From Caenispirillum bisanense (GTDB lineage: Bacteria > Pseudomonadota > Alphaproteobacteria > Rhodospirillales > UBA2165): a DNA stretch of 64,000 bases. Shown here one piece after another: positions 61,150 to 64,000 of the stretch. The stretch spans positions 8,130-72,129 of the forward strand of contig CAMDWJ010000009.1 of NCBI GenBank assembly GCA_945877815.1, given 5' to 3'. The notes beneath the pieces were generated by a model. The model did not search any database, was not told the origin of the DNA, and saw only the letters and a program-made list of their open reading frames with translations. Position numbers and translations under genes: made by a program. Within the stretch, counting starts at the first letter, position 1. Each line of letters starts with the position of its first letter.

Positions 61150-62307
61150 CTAACGTGGCGTGTTGTGCGAGACGCTGTCTCGTTCCAGGACCATCGTTTC
61201 CGCGCGCCATCGGACGGTGCTTCCGAAGAAGCTGCAAATTCGCACCGCCAAGGTAAAAAAATCGCGCACAAAAATCAGCCACGGAGCGTACGTACCGCCC
61301 GAAGGTTGGGTAACGGCCACAATGTGGTGCACTGCATAGCGCAAAATCAAGGCGATGGCGAGAGGAAGCGCGAAAAACCCTAGGGAGTCTGTGGCTTCCC
61401 ACAGGGTTAGACCGGCAATGACCGACAGTGGGACCAGATCGGTAATGAAGGAAAATGCGTAGCCGACCGGCTGAACCGACCGAATCGTGCGCGCCCAGCG
61501 GATTTCATGGAAAAAAAGGCTTTTGAGGCCGTTTTCCTCGATGACGTTCTCGATGATGTAGGGGGCGACGGCGATCTTGTGGCCGGCCCTGTGGGTCATC
61601 TGGCCGAGCATGTAATCGTCGGCGATATAGTCGGCCAGGGCGGGGAATCCGCCGAACGAGTCGAGCACATTTCGGCGAATCGCCATGGTGGCCCCGAAAC
61701 AGAAATCGGGCTCGCCAAAGCTCAGCGGGATGAGCGATGAGGGGAAAAACCAATCGTTGATGAACATAGCGCCGAGCCGCGAGGCGAAGCCGCTTCGCGC
61801 CGTGCCCGAATATAGGCAGGTGGTGGCGCCAACCTCGGGCCGCCGGAATGGGGCGACGAGCGCATCGATATAGTGCGGCTTGACCCGCATGTCGCTGTCG
61901 GAAATGACGAGCAGGTCGTGCTTGGCCGCTGCCATCATGTTGGCGAGATTGCTCACCTTGAAATTGGCGCCGATGATCTTTTCGTGGACGACCAGCGCGA
62001 TGTCGCGGTCGGGGAATTCGGCCTGGAGCGCCTTCACGACCGCGATGGCTGGATCGGCCGGATCGCGAACCCCGAAGACGATCTGATAGGTCGCGTAATC
62101 CTGCCGGCAGAACGAGCGCAGATTGTCGGCGAATTCGGGCTCCAACCCGCATAGCGGCTTGAGCAGCGTGACCGGTGCGGTCACGTGGCCCGTTACGCCG
62201 CGTTGCAGCCGGCGTCCGAACCGCACAACGCGCGCTAGGGCGAAAAGGGCATAGCCGAGCGATGCCGCGAAAAGGGCGAGGGTGGCGTAGACGAGAATGT
62301 CGTTCAT
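61150..62307 (-). CDS. hpnI: bacteriohopanetetrol glycosyltransferase HpnI (GT2/GT21-like)
   Basis: VTLLKPLCG, GANFKVSNL, SDSD, ADDYMLG, HEIRWART; start reassigned to MNDIL (ATGA overlap with hpnL). Confidence 0.9.
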   Translation of the reverse strand: MNDILVYATLALFAASLGYALFALARVVRFGRRLQRGVTGHVTAPVTLLKPLCGLEPEFADNLRSFCRQDYATYQIVFGVRDPADPAIAVVKALQAEFPDRDIALVVHEKIIGANFKVSNLANMMAAAKHDLLVISDSDMRVKPHYIDALVAPFRRPEVGATTCLYSGTARSGFASRLGAMFINDWFFPSSLIPLSFGEPDFCFGATMAIRRNVLDSFGGFPALADYIADDYMLGQMTHRAGHKIAVAPYIIENVIEENGLKSLFFHEIRWARTIRSVQPVGYAFSFITDLVPLSVIAGLTLWEATDSLGFFALPLAIALILRYAVHHIVAVTQPSGGTYAPWLIFVRDFFTLAVRICSFFGSTVRWRAETMVLERDSVSHNTPR

Positions 62308-63302
62308 ATGCTCTCGCCGTCCTTCGCGGCTTGACGGCGCTTGAACAAGGCACGGCCTTCGGCATGCTGCCAAAGGATCAGGCCCGGTATGTCGATGACG
62401 ATTTCGCGGATACGCACGACCAATGAGATAGCTAGGGCCACGTCGGGCGTCCAGCCGACGAAACCGCCGAGGATCACGAAGGCGCCTTCCTGCACGCCGT
62501 AGCTGTTGGGTACGACGAAGGCGGCGTCGCTCAAAGTGCTGGTTAGGCTTTTGATGAACAGCGCCTCGACGACCGAGATCGGATAGCCGAGCAGATAGGC
62601 CGCGAGCCAGACCTCGCCCGTTTGCATGACGAGTGCGGCCATGCGCCAGGTCACGGCGGCAGCAAGTCTGCCACGCTGTCGATAGGTGTCGTGGATGCGT
62701 GCGTCGATCGCCCCGGCGGCGCCGATCATATCGCCGAAATAATCCGACTTGGTGACCCGATGGGCTGTGGAAACCGCAAGATGGAACATGCCGGCTTTTT
62801 GGACCACCAGAAATCCTGCCACGCCCGCGCCCAAGGTTGCGATCGTGATCGAGGCCGAGAGGACCATCGTATCGTCGAGCGTGATCCAAGCCAGCAGCGA
62901 AACGCCGATCAACCCCCACAGAATGGTGGTGATGACTTGCACGGTTTTGTCGACGACCGTCGCGGCGCTCGCGTCATCGCGATTGGCGCCCCATAGAATC
63001 ACCACGCGGGCCTTTACGATCTCGCCGCCGATCGAGGCGACCGGCAGCAGGGTATTGACCGCGCGGCCCATCCATTGGGCATAGAATATAGGCCAGAAAC
63101 GCGGCGTACGGTCGGGATGGAAGAGAAGCTGCCAACAGCGCGCATTCATGAACAGGGTGGGCAACCAGACCAGCGGCACGAGCAGCATCCGCCAATCGGA
63201 TCTGAACATCACATCGGCGATGTCGGCCACGCCCTGCCAGGCGATCAGGCCGATCAGGCTCACTAGTCCGGTGACCAGGCCGATGATGGATGCGATTCTC
63301 AT
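62304..63302 (-). CDS. hpnL: HpnL-like membrane protein (lysylphosphatidylglycerol synthase TM/flippase-like)
   Basis: VNTLLPVASIGGE, AFVVPNSYGVQEG, SLVVRIRE; multi-TM; adjacent to hpnIJK. Confidence 0.75.
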   Translation of the reverse strand: MRIASIIGLVTGLVSLIGLIAWQGVADIADVMFRSDWRMLLVPLVWLPTLFMNARCWQLLFHPDRTPRFWPIFYAQWMGRAVNTLLPVASIGGEIVKARVVILWGANRDDASAATVVDKTVQVITTILWGLIGVSLLAWITLDDTMVLSASITIATLGAGVAGFLVVQKAGMFHLAVSTAHRVTKSDYFGDMIGAAGAIDARIHDTYRQRGRLAAAVTWRMAALVMQTGEVWLAAYLLGYPISVVEALFIKSLTSTLSDAAFVVPNSYGVQEGAFVILGGFVGWTPDVALAISLVVRIREIVIDIPGLILWQHAEGRALFKRRQAAKDGESI

Positions 63303-63440
63303 AAGCGAATCCGCCGACAAATCCCCCTGCCCTCGGGGCAGGCCCTGCATTCAAGTGGTGTGGGCGGCACCAGCCTTTTCTTGCGCACTTCCGGGTACCC
63401 GTTTAGAGAGGCCAACACAACTGCCTCTGAAGGATCAGCC

Positions 63441-64000
63441 GTGCCCGGCTCCCCCGAACCAGCGGCCGATGCGCCCTATCGGCTCATAGCGCCCACCCAG
63501 CTTTTCCCGCTGACACGGCATCTGTCTTATCGGCTGACTCTGCTCCTCGTCCAGACCCCGATAACCCCCAACCAGATCACCGCGCTCTCCATGATCGCCG
63601 GCCTTGCGGGCGCCTTTTGCTTCGCTTTCGGGACTTGGGACCTATCGGTTGTCGGAGGTATTTTGCTAATCGCGGGTTATACGCTCGACAATTGCGACGG
63701 TGAGATCGCCCGGCTGAAAAAGATGTCGTCGGAGTGGGGAGCGCATTTCGACGATTTGGTCGACTGGCTCGTGGACAGTGCTTTTTTTGCCGGTCTCGGT
63801 TTCGGGACATCGACGGCCACCGGTAACATGATCTGGCTTTGGCTCGGCATGGCGGCCAGTTTCGGCGCGACCATCGACTACATCATCGATTTGATCCTTC
63901 AGGCCAAGGCCAAGCGCGATCCCGCCCAGAAAACGCGCGAGCAAGAAGCAACCAACGTGCGCAAGCCCGAGGATGCCATCGATTGGCTGATCTATATTTT
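63441..64000 (+). CDS. second CDP-alcohol phosphotransferase family protein (partial, runs off window)
   Basis: not in ORF track; manual translation from GTG 63441 (AAGGA SD) gives ITPNQIT and DNCDGEIAR-x7-GAHFDDLVD; open to window end. Confidence 0.88.
   Translation, partial: MPGSPEPAADAPYRLIAPTQLFPLTRHLSYRLTLLLVQTPITPNQITALSMIAGLAGAFCFAFGTWDLSVVGGILLIAGYTLDNCDGEIARLKKMSSEWGAHFDDLVDWLVDSAFFAGLGFGTSTATGNMIWLWLGMAASFGATIDYIIDLILQAKAKRDPAQKTREQEATNVRKPEDAIDWLIYI

Overview
GC-rich alphaproteobacterial chromosome segment, probably Rhodospirillales-like; this is inferred from gene order (pcm-tolC-popZ-valS; xth-erpA-dgt-argS-SPOR-nagZ-scpAB-tatABC-serS-pcm-nlpD) and from CtrA and alphaproteobacterial LexA motifs. 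Accessory content: a GT4 / TPR-GT9 / membrane methyltransferase block; cysHDN; an ndvD-ndvB-like cyclic glucan pair next to tRNA-Cys and tRNA-Asn; two ECF sigma modules (ECF42+DGPF; ECF26-like+anti-sigma+small secreted repeat protein); and a hopanoid-tailoring operon hpnL-I-J-K flanked by two CDP-alcohol phosphotransferases. The most unusual stretch is a ~2 kb islet after uvrA (56.2-58.2 kb). It carries an orphan gene and higA-higB, a perfect LexA box abutting a divergent sigma70-like promoter, a hairpin, a strictly 11-bp-phased array of 13 TGTCGAT-like units followed by phased A-tracts, and a small His/Cys protein gene. No CRISPR array, rRNA, integrase or transposase was seen. All product calls come from motif recognition by eye, not database searches. 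Several start codons were re-chosen relative to the ORF track.
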